From: a virus | Taxonomy: Duplodnaviria > Caudoviricetes | DNA: 32,994 nucleotides | Direction: 5' to 3' (one strand) | IMG/VR virus record: IMGVR_UViG_3300030332_000766 | Span: 1-32,994 of that record | Shown: piece after piece, positions 1 to 9,344 of the stretch | Layout of the letters: each line of letters opens with the position of its first letter | How positions within the stretch are numbered: the first letter of the stretch is position 1 | The notes under the pieces: model-generated | The model's input: only the letters and a program-made list of their open reading frames with translations | The model's database searches: none | Told to the model about the DNA's origin: nothing | Made by a program: the position numbers and the translations under genes

Positions 1-1116
1 TCTCTGTTTATCCCAATGGAGTGGAACTACGAAGGATTTATTGACGAGCATGGAATTCCAGTTTTTGATACACCAGACCACGATGTGTTCGGTCCAGACA
101 ATGAACTAATAGATGTAGGTATTATAGAGCATTGGCAAAATGAAGCTGATGGTTTAAAAGGTGATCACGACGCTTTAAATGAATTTTATAGGCAATTCCC
201 TAAAACCACTGAACACGCGTTTAGAGACGAGGCAAAAGGGAGTATATTTAATTTAGTAAAGATATATGAGCAAATAGATTATAATGAAGAAATGTCTAGA
301 ACACTTGGGGTTACTAAAGGTAATTTCCAATGGGTGAACGGAGTAAAGGATACACAAGTCATATTTTATCCAGATCAACAGGGTAGATTTAAAGTCAGTT
401 GGGTTCCAAAAACTGAATTACAAAATAGAGTGGTACTTAAAAATGGTATAAAATATCCTGGTAATGAACATATGGGGGCATTTGGTTGTGACTCTTATGA
501 TATATCAGGGACCGTAGATGGAGAAGGATCAAAAGGAGCATTACACGGCTTAACCAGGTTTAGTATGGAGGACGCTCCTGCGAACAGTTTCTTTTTAGAA
601 TACTTATCAAGACCACCTACGGCTGAAATGTTTTTTGAAGATGTTTTAATGGCAATAGCATTCTATGGAATGCCAATATTATGTGAAAATAATAAACCTA
701 GATTACTTTATTATCTTAGAAGAAGAGGTTATAGAGGATTTAGTATGAACAGGCCGGACAAGATATGGAATAAGTTATCTGTAGCAGAAAAAGAAGTTGG
801 AGGAATTCCTAACTCCAGCGAAGATATAAAACAAGCGCACGCCGCGGCGATTGAAATGTATATTCAAGATCACGTGGGTATGAAACAAGATGGAACATTC
901 GGAGATTTATATTTTAATGCTCTATTAAATGATTGGACTAGGTTTGATATAACTAAACGTACGAAATTTGATGCATCTATTAGCTCAGGTTTAGCGATCA
1001 TGGCAAATAATAGACATTTATATGCTCCAAACGCAAAAATAGAAAAACCAAAATTAAACATACAGATTTCTAAATATGAGAATAAGGGTAGTATGTCTAA
1101 AATAATTAAAGAATAA
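1..1116 (+). CDS. terL: Terminase large subunit, C-terminal RNase H-like nuclease part (5' truncated)
   Basis: The frame is open from base 1 (SLFIPMEWNYEG...). It carries motifs typical of TerL nuclease domains (GCDSYD, ILCENNK, KFDASISSGLA) and lies directly upstream of a portal-sized gene. Confidence 0.85.
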   Translation, partial: SLFIPMEWNYEGFIDEHGIPVFDTPDHDVFGPDNELIDVGIIEHWQNEADGLKGDHDALNEFYRQFPKTTEHAFRDEAKGSIFNLVKIYEQIDYNEEMSRTLGVTKGNFQWVNGVKDTQVIFYPDQQGRFKVSWVPKTELQNRVVLKNGIKYPGNEHMGAFGCDSYDISGTVDGEGSKGALHGLTRFSMEDAPANSFFLEYLSRPPTAEMFFEDVLMAIAFYGMPILCENNKPRLLYYLRRRGYRGFSMNRPDKIWNKLSVAEKEVGGIPNSSEDIKQAHAAAIEMYIQDHVGMKQDGTFGDLYFNALLNDWTRFDITKRTKFDASISSGLAIMANNRHLYAPNAKIEKPKLNIQISKYENKGSMSKIIKE

Positions 1117-1118
1117 AT

Positions 1119-3539
1119 ATGGCAGAGTCTGGCATTAACAGTTATTTTCCAAGTCAAACCGTAAGCGACGCTGAAAAGTTGAGCTATGATTATGGTTTAA
1201 AAGTAGCTAAAGCTATAGAGACAGAGTGGTTTAATAATGACAGGGGTTCTAATAGGTATAGAACTAATCATAATAATTTTCATAATTTAAGATTGTACGC
1301 TAGAGGTGAACAGTCAATTCAAAAGTATAAGGATGAGTTATCGATTAATGGTGATTTGTCCTATCTTAATTTAGATTGGAAGCCAGTTCCAATTATCTCT
1401 AAGTTTGTAGATATAGTTGTTAATGGAATAGCAGAACGTATGTATGATATAAAAGCATACTCACAGGACCCATTTGGTGTTAAAAAAAGAACTAAGTATA
1501 TGGAAGCTATACTTGCTGACATGCAAATGGAAGATTTTCATAACGAAGCTAGGGCGCAATTAGGCATGAATTTAAGAAATAGTACTGTCGATGAGTTGCC
1601 GGGATCATCAGATGAATTGCAATTACACATGCAATTAAATTACAAACAGTCTGTAGAGATAGCAGAGGAGCAAGCAATTAATACATTGATGAATGGTAGT
1701 AATTATGAGTTAATTAAAAAGCGTTTTTATTATGATTTAACAACTATAGGCATCGGTGCTGCAAAAACATCATTTAATACGTCAGAAGGTGTTGTTATTG
1801 ATTATGTTGATCCTGCAAACCTTGTGTATTCATATACTGATTCTCCTTATTTTGAAGATATTTATTATGTTGGAGAAGTTAAGTCTATTCCAGTAAACGA
1901 ACTAGCAAAACAATTCCCACATCTTACGGAATCTAACCTTGAAGACATAATGAAAAATAAACCTACTAATAGATCTAATTATAGCAGTAGGTATTCTGTA
2001 GATAAAGAAGATAATAATACAATTCAAGTTTTATATTTTAATTATAAAACTTATATGAACGAGGTTTACAAAGTAAAAGAAACTGGAACTGGAGCGGATA
2101 AAATCATACCTAAAGACGATGGATTCAATCCTCCAGTAGGTAAAGAAGGTGGATATTCAAAAATGTTACGATCTATAGAGTGTTTATATGAAGGTGCTAT
2201 GATTCTTGGTACTGATAAATTACTTAAATGGGAGATGGCAAGAAATATGTTACGTCCTAAAAGTGATTTTACTAAAGTTAAAATGAATTATACTATTGTC
2301 GCTCCTAGAATGTATAACGGTAAAATTGAATCACTCGTTGGTAGAATTACTGGTTTTGCAGATATGATTCAACTAACTCATTTAAAGTTACAGCAAGTGA
2401 TGGCTCGCATGGTACCAGATGGTGTTTACTTAGACGCTGATGGTCTAGCTGAAATTGATCTGGGCAACGGGACAAACTATAATCCACAAGAAGCTTTAAA
2501 CATGTTTTTCCAAACTGGTTCTGTAATAGGTAGATCATTTACGCAGGACGGTGATATGAATCCTGGTAAAGTACCGATTCAAGAAATTACAAGTGGTAGT
2601 GGTGGTAATAAAATTCAGTCTTTAATTGCAAACTATAATTACTATATGCAGATGATTAGAGATTGCACTGGACTAAATGAAGCCAGGGACGCTAGTACTC
2701 CTGATAAGGATGCTCTAGTCGGTGTACAAAAATTAGCGGCGGCTAATTCTAATACGGCTACAAGACATATATTACAAGCCGGATTATTTTTAACTGTTGA
2801 AGTTGCTGAGTGCTTATCACTTAGAATATCTGATATTATAGAATACTCTCCAACGAAAGACGCTTTTATACAAGCTATAGGTACACATAATGTAGCTACG
2901 TTAGAAGAAATGAAAAATTTACATTTATACGATTTTGGTATATTTATAGAATTAGCCCCAGATGAAGAAGAAAAAATGATGCTGGAAAACAACATTCAAA
3001 TGGCACTGCAACAACAAAGCATTGAACTTGAAGATGCTATTGAAGTAAGAGACATTAAAAATTTAAAGTTAGCAAATCAGTTGTTAAAATTACGTAGAAA
3101 AAAGAAAGCTGTCAAGGATGAGGAACTTCAACAAAGAAACATACAGGCACAAGCTCAAGCAAATATACAGCAGCAACAAGCGTCTGCTCAGATGGAGGTT
3201 CAAAAAAACCAAGCAAAAGTTTCATCTGACTCTCAATTAGAGCAAATTAAAGCAGATCTTGATTCTAGAAAACTACGAGAAGAAGCTCAAATTAAGAAGG
3301 AGCTAATGGAGTTAGAGTTTCAAATGAATATGCAGTTAAAGGGATTGGAAGTAGATGGTCAAAAAACTAAAGAGACAGAGAAAGAAGATCGTAAAGATCA
3401 AAGAACAAGAATACAAGCAACTCAACAAAGCGAACTCATAGATCAAAGAAATAACGCAAAACCACCTAAAGACTTTGAATCCGCAGGTAATGATATACTT
3501 AGCGGAGATTTCGATTTAGGTGCATTTGATCCTAGATAA
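1119..3539 (+). CDS. Portal protein (crAss-like/flavophage type, 806 aa)
   Basis: Follows TerL. The size of about 800 aa, the motif 'LDWKPVPIISKFVDIVVNG' and the long Q/E/K-rich C-terminal coiled coil all fit portals of this group. Confidence 0.8.
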   Translation: MAESGINSYFPSQTVSDAEKLSYDYGLKVAKAIETEWFNNDRGSNRYRTNHNNFHNLRLYARGEQSIQKYKDELSINGDLSYLNLDWKPVPIISKFVDIVVNGIAERMYDIKAYSQDPFGVKKRTKYMEAILADMQMEDFHNEARAQLGMNLRNSTVDELPGSSDELQLHMQLNYKQSVEIAEEQAINTLMNGSNYELIKKRFYYDLTTIGIGAAKTSFNTSEGVVIDYVDPANLVYSYTDSPYFEDIYYVGEVKSIPVNELAKQFPHLTESNLEDIMKNKPTNRSNYSSRYSVDKEDNNTIQVLYFNYKTYMNEVYKVKETGTGADKIIPKDDGFNPPVGKEGGYSKMLRSIECLYEGAMILGTDKLLKWEMARNMLRPKSDFTKVKMNYTIVAPRMYNGKIESLVGRITGFADMIQLTHLKLQQVMARMVPDGVYLDADGLAEIDLGNGTNYNPQEALNMFFQTGSVIGRSFTQDGDMNPGKVPIQEITSGSGGNKIQSLIANYNYYMQMIRDCTGLNEARDASTPDKDALVGVQKLAAANSNTATRHILQAGLFLTVEVAECLSLRISDIIEYSPTKDAFIQAIGTHNVATLEEMKNLHLYDFGIFIELAPDEEEKMMLENNIQMALQQQSIELEDAIEVRDIKNLKLANQLLKLRRKKKAVKDEELQQRNIQAQAQANIQQQQASAQMEVQKNQAKVSSDSQLEQIKADLDSRKLREEAQIKKELMELEFQMNMQLKGLEVDGQKTKETEKEDRKDQRTRIQATQQSELIDQRNNAKPPKDFESAGNDILSGDFDLGAFDPR

Positions 3540-3540
3540 A

Positions 3541-3580
3541 TTATTTATTAACTATTATTATATTATATTATGGCAAAAAA
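3541..3580 (+). promoter_or_regulatory. AT-rich conserved leader/start motif, copy 1 (TATATTATATTATGGCAAAAAA)
   Basis: Near-identical to the sequence around the start of the ORF at 6372. Confidence 0.45.
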
Positions 3581-4781
3581 GAAACAAGAAGAGGTAGTAG
3601 AAAAGACTACACAATCTAACGAACCTAAAGGTGACGTTAAGAAGGTGAAAGCAAAAATGAAAAAACCAGCAGAAGTTGTTGAAAAAACGATAACTAAAGT
3701 TGATTTAAGTAAACCACCAGAAGAAAAAAAAGAAGATGTACAACCTATTGACGATGCAAAAACCGAGGAAATTCAAGAAGAGATTGTTGAAGAAACGGTT
3801 AGTAAAGAAGAGGTTGTTGACCAACCTACAGAGGAAAATGTTGAAACACCTGTTCTAGAAGAAATTACAGATGAAGAAGTAGACGAAAAAGTTGAAGGGG
3901 TTAAAGAACAAATTAAGGACATTATAGATGAAACTGAAAAAACTGGGGAACCTTTACCAGAGAGTATTCAAAAGTTAATGGACTTTATGAACGAAACCGG
4001 TGGTGATTTAGAGGATTATGTAAAGCTTAATCAAGATTATAGTAAATTAGAAGATAGAGATTTGTTATTTGAACATTATAAGCAAACAAAACCTCATTTA
4101 AATATAGAAGAAATTAACTTCCTTATGGAAGATCAATTCTCTTACGACGACGAAGAAGACGACGAAAGAGAAATAAAAAGAAAAAAATTAGCGTTAAAAG
4201 AGCAAGTTGCCGACGCTAAAACTCAACTGGAAGAGAACAAATCCAAATACTATGAAGATATTAAGGCTGGGAGTAAGTTAACTCCAGAACAACAAAAAGC
4301 TATAGATTTCTTTAATAGATACAACAAGAAGTCAGAAGAGACTCAAAAAGTAGCAACGCGCAATACAAACGTTTTTACTCAAAAAACTGAGCAAGTTTTT
4401 AACGACAAATTCAAAGGTTTTGAATACGAAGTCGGTGATAAAAAGTACAGGTATAATGTAAGGAATGCTGATGAGGTCAAAGTAACACAAAGCGATATTA
4501 ACAATTTTACTAAAAAGTTTTTGGATAAAAATTTAGCTTTAAAAGACGCTAAGGGTTATCATAAATCTCTATATACAGCTATGAACGCAGACTCTGTTGC
4601 AAATCACTTTTACGAACAAGGTAAAGCGGATGCTATGAAAGATAGTGTCACTAAAGCCAAGAATGTAGATATGAATCCAAGACAAGCTCATGGTGAAGTT
4701 GAAGCTGGTGGTGTTAAATACCGTGTATTAGGTGACGATTCTTCTGATTTTAAGTTTAAAATTAAAAACAAAAAATATTAA
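3570..4781 (+). CDS. Putative capsid scaffolding/assembly protein
   Basis: Lies between portal and major capsid genes. The N-terminal half is very acidic and low-complexity (E/V/K-rich); the C-terminal half looks helical. Confidence 0.6.
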   Translation: MAKKKQEEVVEKTTQSNEPKGDVKKVKAKMKKPAEVVEKTITKVDLSKPPEEKKEDVQPIDDAKTEEIQEEIVEETVSKEEVVDQPTEENVETPVLEEITDEEVDEKVEGVKEQIKDIIDETEKTGEPLPESIQKLMDFMNETGGDLEDYVKLNQDYSKLEDRDLLFEHYKQTKPHLNIEEINFLMEDQFSYDDEEDDEREIKRKKLALKEQVADAKTQLEENKSKYYEDIKAGSKLTPEQQKAIDFFNRYNKKSEETQKVATRNTNVFTQKTEQVFNDKFKGFEYEVGDKKYRYNVRNADEVKVTQSDINNFTKKFLDKNLALKDAKGYHKSLYTAMNADSVANHFYEQGKADAMKDSVTKAKNVDMNPRQAHGEVEAGGVKYRVLGDDSSDFKFKIKNKKY

Positions 4782-4798
4782 CTTAAAAATTTAAAATT

Positions 4799-6298
4799 AT
4801 GCCATTAACACCCGGTGGAACTTTGAACAGTGTACCCGCTCCACAAGCGGTAGCACTAACCTCAAACTACATCGATTTTACGGCCGGTACAAGTGACTGG
4901 GCGCAACAATACCTGCCTGACCTAATGGAAAAAGAAGCTGAAGTGTTCGGTAATAGAACAGTTTCAGGTTTTTTATCCCAAGTCGGTGCAGAAGAATCTA
5001 TGACCTCTGATCAAGTAGTTTGGTCAGAACAAGGTAGATTACATCTCTCTTATTTAGCTGAGATTGGACATTTAACACAAGAATCCGGTGGTGGAGCTGG
5101 TGGACAACTTCGTATCATTCAAGATATTGACGGAAACGGTTTAACCACTACACACGGTATTAGAACAAATGATATCTTATTAGTATCTGATTCAGCAACT
5201 ACACAAAGATTATTGTGTACTGGATTTGGTGGTACTGATAATATTATAAACGTTCAGGCTTATGGAGCCACTACGTTGACTGGTGCTGGTTATACAGCTT
5301 CAGCAACAACAGCAGGCACTACGCCAACGATTACAATATTAGTTATAGGTTCTGAATGGGGAAAAGGAGTAGATGGTCAAGCAGGTAACGCAGCTGGACC
5401 TTTAGCTTCTCAACCAACACACACATCTTTTACTAACAAACCAATTATCATAAAAGATCACTATCATATCAACGGATCTGATACATCTCAAATTGGTTGG
5501 GTTGAAGTTGCGGGTGAAGACGGAACAAGTGGATATCTTTGGTATCTAAAAGCAGAGGGTGAAACTAGAATGCGATTTACTGATTATTTAGAAATGGCAA
5601 TGGTTGAATCTGAAGCTGGTGTACCTGGTTCTACGTTAGCTGACACCTTTGTTTCTGGTGCTACTAATGCTTTCGGTACTGAAGGTTTATTCTCAGCTAT
5701 TACAAATAGAGGTAATATGGCTTCTGGTATTCTTCCAAATAACCCTAGTAATTTAGCTGAATTTGATAGAATCTTAAACGAGTTTGATAACCAAGGCGCT
5801 ATTGAAGAGAATATGATGTTCCTTAACAGAGATACTGCTTTAGCAATTGATGACATGTTAGCTTCTATGAATTCTTATGGTACTAATGGTACTTCTTACG
5901 GGGTATTTGATAACTCGGAAGCTATGGCACTTAACTTAGGTTTCTCTGGTTTCAGAAGAGGTTCTTATGACTTCTATAAATCCGATTGGAAATATCTAAA
6001 TGATAAATCTACTAGAGGAGGTATCAATGATAGAGATCAAACTAGTGCAGTTCGCGGAGTATTTATTCCAGCTGGTACGTCTTCAGTTTATGACCAAATG
6101 TTAGGAAAGAATCTTAAACGACCTTTCTTACACGTTCGTTATAGAGCTTCACAAACTGATGACCGAAGAATGAAAGTTTGGACTACAGGATCAGTTGGTG
6201 GTAATATTACATCTGATTTAGATGCGATGCAAGTGCATTATCTATCTGAAAGATGTTTGATTACACAAGGTGCTAATAACTTTATGTTATTAACATAA
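4799..6298 (+). CDS. Major capsid protein (HK97 fold, crAss-like size, with a G/T-rich insertion domain)
   Basis: 499 aa, follows the scaffold gene and is followed by a strong terminator. Segments typical of this MCP type: 'QQYLPDLMEKEAEVFGNRT', 'NKPIIIKDHYHINGSD', 'NLGFSGFRRGSYDFYKSDWKYLND'. Confidence 0.8.
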   Translation: MPLTPGGTLNSVPAPQAVALTSNYIDFTAGTSDWAQQYLPDLMEKEAEVFGNRTVSGFLSQVGAEESMTSDQVVWSEQGRLHLSYLAEIGHLTQESGGGAGGQLRIIQDIDGNGLTTTHGIRTNDILLVSDSATTQRLLCTGFGGTDNIINVQAYGATTLTGAGYTASATTAGTTPTITILVIGSEWGKGVDGQAGNAAGPLASQPTHTSFTNKPIIIKDHYHINGSDTSQIGWVEVAGEDGTSGYLWYLKAEGETRMRFTDYLEMAMVESEAGVPGSTLADTFVSGATNAFGTEGLFSAITNRGNMASGILPNNPSNLAEFDRILNEFDNQGAIEENMMFLNRDTALAIDDMLASMNSYGTNGTSYGVFDNSEAMALNLGFSGFRRGSYDFYKSDWKYLNDKSTRGGINDRDQTSAVRGVFIPAGTSSVYDQMLGKNLKRPFLHVRYRASQTDDRRMKVWTTGSVGGNITSDLDAMQVHYLSERCLITQGANNFMLLT

Positions 6299-6307
6299 GC
6301 AATTTTT

Positions 6308-6348
6308 AAAAGAGAGTGGAGCTTAGTCTCCACTCCCTTTTATTTTTA
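6308..6348 (+). terminator. Rho-independent terminator after MCP
   Basis: Perfect 8-bp stem GAGTGGAG (6314-6321) / CTCCACTC (6328-6335) with a 6-nt loop, followed by CCTTTTATTTTT. Confidence 0.8.
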
Positions 6349-6382
6349 TTAATTTTATTATATATTATATTATGGCAAAAAA
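6341..6382 (+). promoter_or_regulatory. AT-rich conserved leader/start motif, copy 2
   Basis: TATATTATATTATGGCAAAAAA is shared with the region at 3541-3580. Confidence 0.45.
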
Positions 6383-7211
6383 AACAAAAACAGTTGAGGT
6401 GGAAGAACCTCAAGTTCAAGATGTGGTAGAGACACCACAGGTTGTAGAACAACCAAAAACAAAAGAAAAACCTTTACCGAATCCTAAAGATACTTGGAAA
6501 ATAAAAGACAGGGTATATTACATAAGAGGTAAAAATCCTTTATCTTATTCTATAAGAGCATCGGGTATTTACTATTTTGACGAGGAAAAAGGGTACGAAA
6601 GAGAATTAAAATATACAGAAAACCAAAAAACACCTTTTGTTGATGAGATGAAAGGAGATCAACGGTTAGCGCACATTGTTTTTAGAAGTGGAGCACTACA
6701 TGTTCCTAGGGAAAAACAAACTTTACAAAAACTACTTTCTTTATACCACCCACATAAAGATAAAATATATTATGAATGGGAACCTAGCAAAGTAGCAGTT
6801 GAAGAAATTGATATATTGGAAATGGAAACAGATGCTCTGCTAGCGGCAAGAAACATAGATATAGATATGGCAGAGGCTGTTATGAGAGTAGAGATTGGTT
6901 CTAAGGTATCAGAGATGAGTTCTAAGGAACTTAAGCGCGATTTATTAGTATATGCTAAAACTAACCCTACGTTGTTTCTAGAGTTAGTTAATGATGAGAA
7001 TGTTATGCTTAGAAACTTTGGTATTAAAGCAACAGAATTAGGAATATTAAAACTATCCAGCGATCAAAGAACGTTTAGTTGGGGTTCTAACGATAGAAAA
7101 CTAATGAATGTTCCATTTGATGAACATCCTTATTCAGCTTTAGCCGCTTGGTTTAAGACTGATGAAGGCATGGAGATATATTCAAATATAGAAAAGCGAT
7201 TAAATTCGTAA
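6372..7211 (+). CDS. Conserved phage protein downstream of MCP (putative head/auxiliary structural protein)
   Basis: 279 aa with an acidic, P-rich N-terminus, then a globular region. Its position follows the MCP. Confidence 0.55.
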   Translation: MAKKTKTVEVEEPQVQDVVETPQVVEQPKTKEKPLPNPKDTWKIKDRVYYIRGKNPLSYSIRASGIYYFDEEKGYERELKYTENQKTPFVDEMKGDQRLAHIVFRSGALHVPREKQTLQKLLSLYHPHKDKIYYEWEPSKVAVEEIDILEMETDALLAARNIDIDMAEAVMRVEIGSKVSEMSSKELKRDLLVYAKTNPTLFLELVNDENVMLRNFGIKATELGILKLSSDQRTFSWGSNDRKLMNVPFDEHPYSALAAWFKTDEGMEIYSNIEKRLNS

Positions 7212-7223
7212 TAACCTTTAAAG

Positions 7224-7257
7224 AATAGCCACTCTTTTTAGGGGTGGCTATTTTTTT
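7224..7257 (+). terminator. Rho-independent terminator
   Basis: Hairpin AATAGCCACTCT-TTTT-AGGGGTGGCTATT (one G:U pair), followed by a T run. Confidence 0.8.
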
Positions 7258-7268
7258 AAAACAATGTT

Positions 7269-7427
7269 ATGAAATCAAAAGGATTAGGTGATACAATAGA
7301 AAAAATAACAAAAGCAACCGGAATTAAAAAAGTAATTGACAAAGTCAATAAAACTACTGGAAAAGATTGTGGTTGTAATAAGAGGAAAGAAACTTTAAAT
7401 AAGTTCTTTCCATATAAATACAAATAA
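7269..7427 (+). CDS. Small basic CxC protein (52 aa), missing from the ORF track
   Basis: Translated by hand: MKSKGLGDTIEKITKATGIKKVIDKVNKTTGKDCGCNKRKETLNKFFPYKYK*. It fills the gap between the terminator and the ORF at 7433. The GLGD...DCGC..RK pattern is one I recall from small marine phage proteins. Confidence 0.75.
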   Translation: MKSKGLGDTIEKITKATGIKKVIDKVNKTTGKDCGCNKRKETLNKFFPYKYK

Positions 7428-7432
7428 AACAC

Positions 7433-8182
7433 ATGGTAAATATAGACAACGTATATCAAAAAGTTCTTAGTTTAGCTAATAAAGAGCAAAGGGGATATAT
7501 AACTCCACAAGAGTTTAATTTATTTGCAAACCAAGCTCAGATGGAAATATTTGAACAGTATTTTTACGATTTAAACCAATTTAGTCGAGGACATGATAAT
7601 GATACTGCCCATTCTGGTATGATTAGAATACTAGAAGAAAAGATAGGTGAATTTGAAAGAGCTGTTGGTTCTACATATATTATAACTAATTGGGGTTTTA
7701 TGAACAAACCTTCAAATATAAGACTTCCTGTAGATCTATATAGAATAAGTAGAGTTTCGATAGATGCAGATTTTAAACTTGCTGAAAGATTAAATAGGAA
7801 CGATTGGAATGAAGTTAGAAGAATACCATATTTAGCACCAACCTCAGAGCGACCAGTTTGGAATGTTAGAAGAGGTATTTTAAGAATTAATAAAGGTGAT
7901 TTAGGAAGCGCAGGTGAACCTGTAAATATAGACCCAAATACTACACAAGTAGGAGTTCACTGGGTACAAACACCGCCCACGGTTAGATGGGGATATGTAG
8001 TTATTAGTGAAAAAGCTATGTTTGATCCTTCCACTACAACACATTTTAATTTCCATCCTTCTGAAGAAACTGATCTAGTTTACAAAATATTAAAATATGC
8101 AGGCGTGTCAATGGACAAAGATTCTATCATGCGCGCTGGTCAAGGAATGGAAATGGCAAAAATATCACAAGAAAAACAATAA
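7433..8182 (+). CDS. Putative head-tail connector / ring protein
   Basis: 249 aa. The N-terminus 'VYQKVLSLANKEQRGYITPQEFNLFANQAQMEIF' resembles neck/ring proteins of crAss-like podoviruses, and the position fits. Confidence 0.55.
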   Translation: MVNIDNVYQKVLSLANKEQRGYITPQEFNLFANQAQMEIFEQYFYDLNQFSRGHDNDTAHSGMIRILEEKIGEFERAVGSTYIITNWGFMNKPSNIRLPVDLYRISRVSIDADFKLAERLNRNDWNEVRRIPYLAPTSERPVWNVRRGILRINKGDLGSAGEPVNIDPNTTQVGVHWVQTPPTVRWGYVVISEKAMFDPSTTTHFNFHPSEETDLVYKILKYAGVSMDKDSIMRAGQGMEMAKISQEKQ

Positions 8183-8186
8183 ATAA

Positions 8187-9341
8187 ATGGGACCACTAAC
8201 ACAAACTCAACGACAATATTATGATGGTAAAAGAAAATCTTTTACTGGGGATGGTATAGAAGCAACGTTTACTTTAGCTAATAGTCCCGATACCTTTCCA
8301 AGTACTTTTAGTTCAAGAGATGTAAAAGTATATTTAAACGATGTTATAGAGTTAGCGTCTGATCATGATGCTTCTGGTACTCTTATTAATAATTGGACAA
8401 TTCAATATAACACTATTTCTGGTTGGTGTATAGATTTTTTAGTAACCCCCGCTAGTGGAGTTACTATCGACATATATGCAGATAGTAGTTTTGGTAATTA
8501 TCAATTTACATCTTTAAATGATATTATAAGTCAATTTATGTTTGTCTATGTTGGTGAAGATAAGTTAATATCCAACGCTAAAAGAACAGATGTAACATTT
8601 TTTGCTCAAAGAGCATTACAAGAATTAAGTTTTGATACATTTAAATCTTGTAAATCTCAAGAAATAGAAATACCCGCGTCACTTACGATGATACTGCCAC
8701 AAGATTATGTTAACTACACAAAGTTAACGTGGAGTGATTCAGCTGGAATTGAGCATGTTATTTATCCAGCTAGAAAAACATCTAATCCTTCTAATCCGCT
8801 ACAAGATGTAGATGGTAATTTTGATTTTAAACCGTGGAGCACAGGGGCAATTCGTGGAGATGATAGTACAGAATTAATACCAAGTAAAGATTCTGACACT
8901 TGGGGTAACTACAAAAGCGCTACTCCATCTGAAAACCAAGATGATTATCAAGATGGTACTTATTGGCCAACTGGAGGAGAAAGGTATGGACTGAACCCTG
9001 AGCATGCTCAAGTTAACGGGTCTTTTTATATAGATTGTAATACTGGATTAATTCATTTTAGTTCTAATATGAATGGTAAAACCGTTACGTTACATTATTT
9101 AAGTGATGGAATGGGTACAGATGAAGAAATGCAAGTACATAAATTAGCAGAAGAAGCTATATATAAATGGATTGCTTATGGAATATTATCGTCTAGACAT
9201 AGTATACCAGAATATATAATTAATAGATATAAAAGAGAAAAATTTGCTGAAACTAGAAAAGCAAAATTAAGATTATCAAATATTAAATTAGAAGAAATTA
9301 CTCAAATCTTAAGAGGTAAATCTAAACAAATAAAGCACTAA
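8187..9341 (+). CDS. Tail structural (ring/tubular-like) protein with an N-terminal inserted beta domain
   Basis: Has a conserved-looking core ('FFAQRALQELSFDT', 'LPQDYVNYTKL', 'VHKLAEEAIYKWI', 'RKAKLRLSNIKLEEITQILRGKSK') plus a 'FTGDG..TFTL' beta-rich insert. Confidence 0.6.
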   Translation: MGPLTQTQRQYYDGKRKSFTGDGIEATFTLANSPDTFPSTFSSRDVKVYLNDVIELASDHDASGTLINNWTIQYNTISGWCIDFLVTPASGVTIDIYADSSFGNYQFTSLNDIISQFMFVYVGEDKLISNAKRTDVTFFAQRALQELSFDTFKSCKSQEIEIPASLTMILPQDYVNYTKLTWSDSAGIEHVIYPARKTSNPSNPLQDVDGNFDFKPWSTGAIRGDDSTELIPSKDSDTWGNYKSATPSENQDDYQDGTYWPTGGERYGLNPEHAQVNGSFYIDCNTGLIHFSSNMNGKTVTLHYLSDGMGTDEEMQVHKLAEEAIYKWIAYGILSSRHSIPEYIINRYKREKFAETRKAKLRLSNIKLEEITQILRGKSKQIKH

Positions 9342-9344
9342 TTT

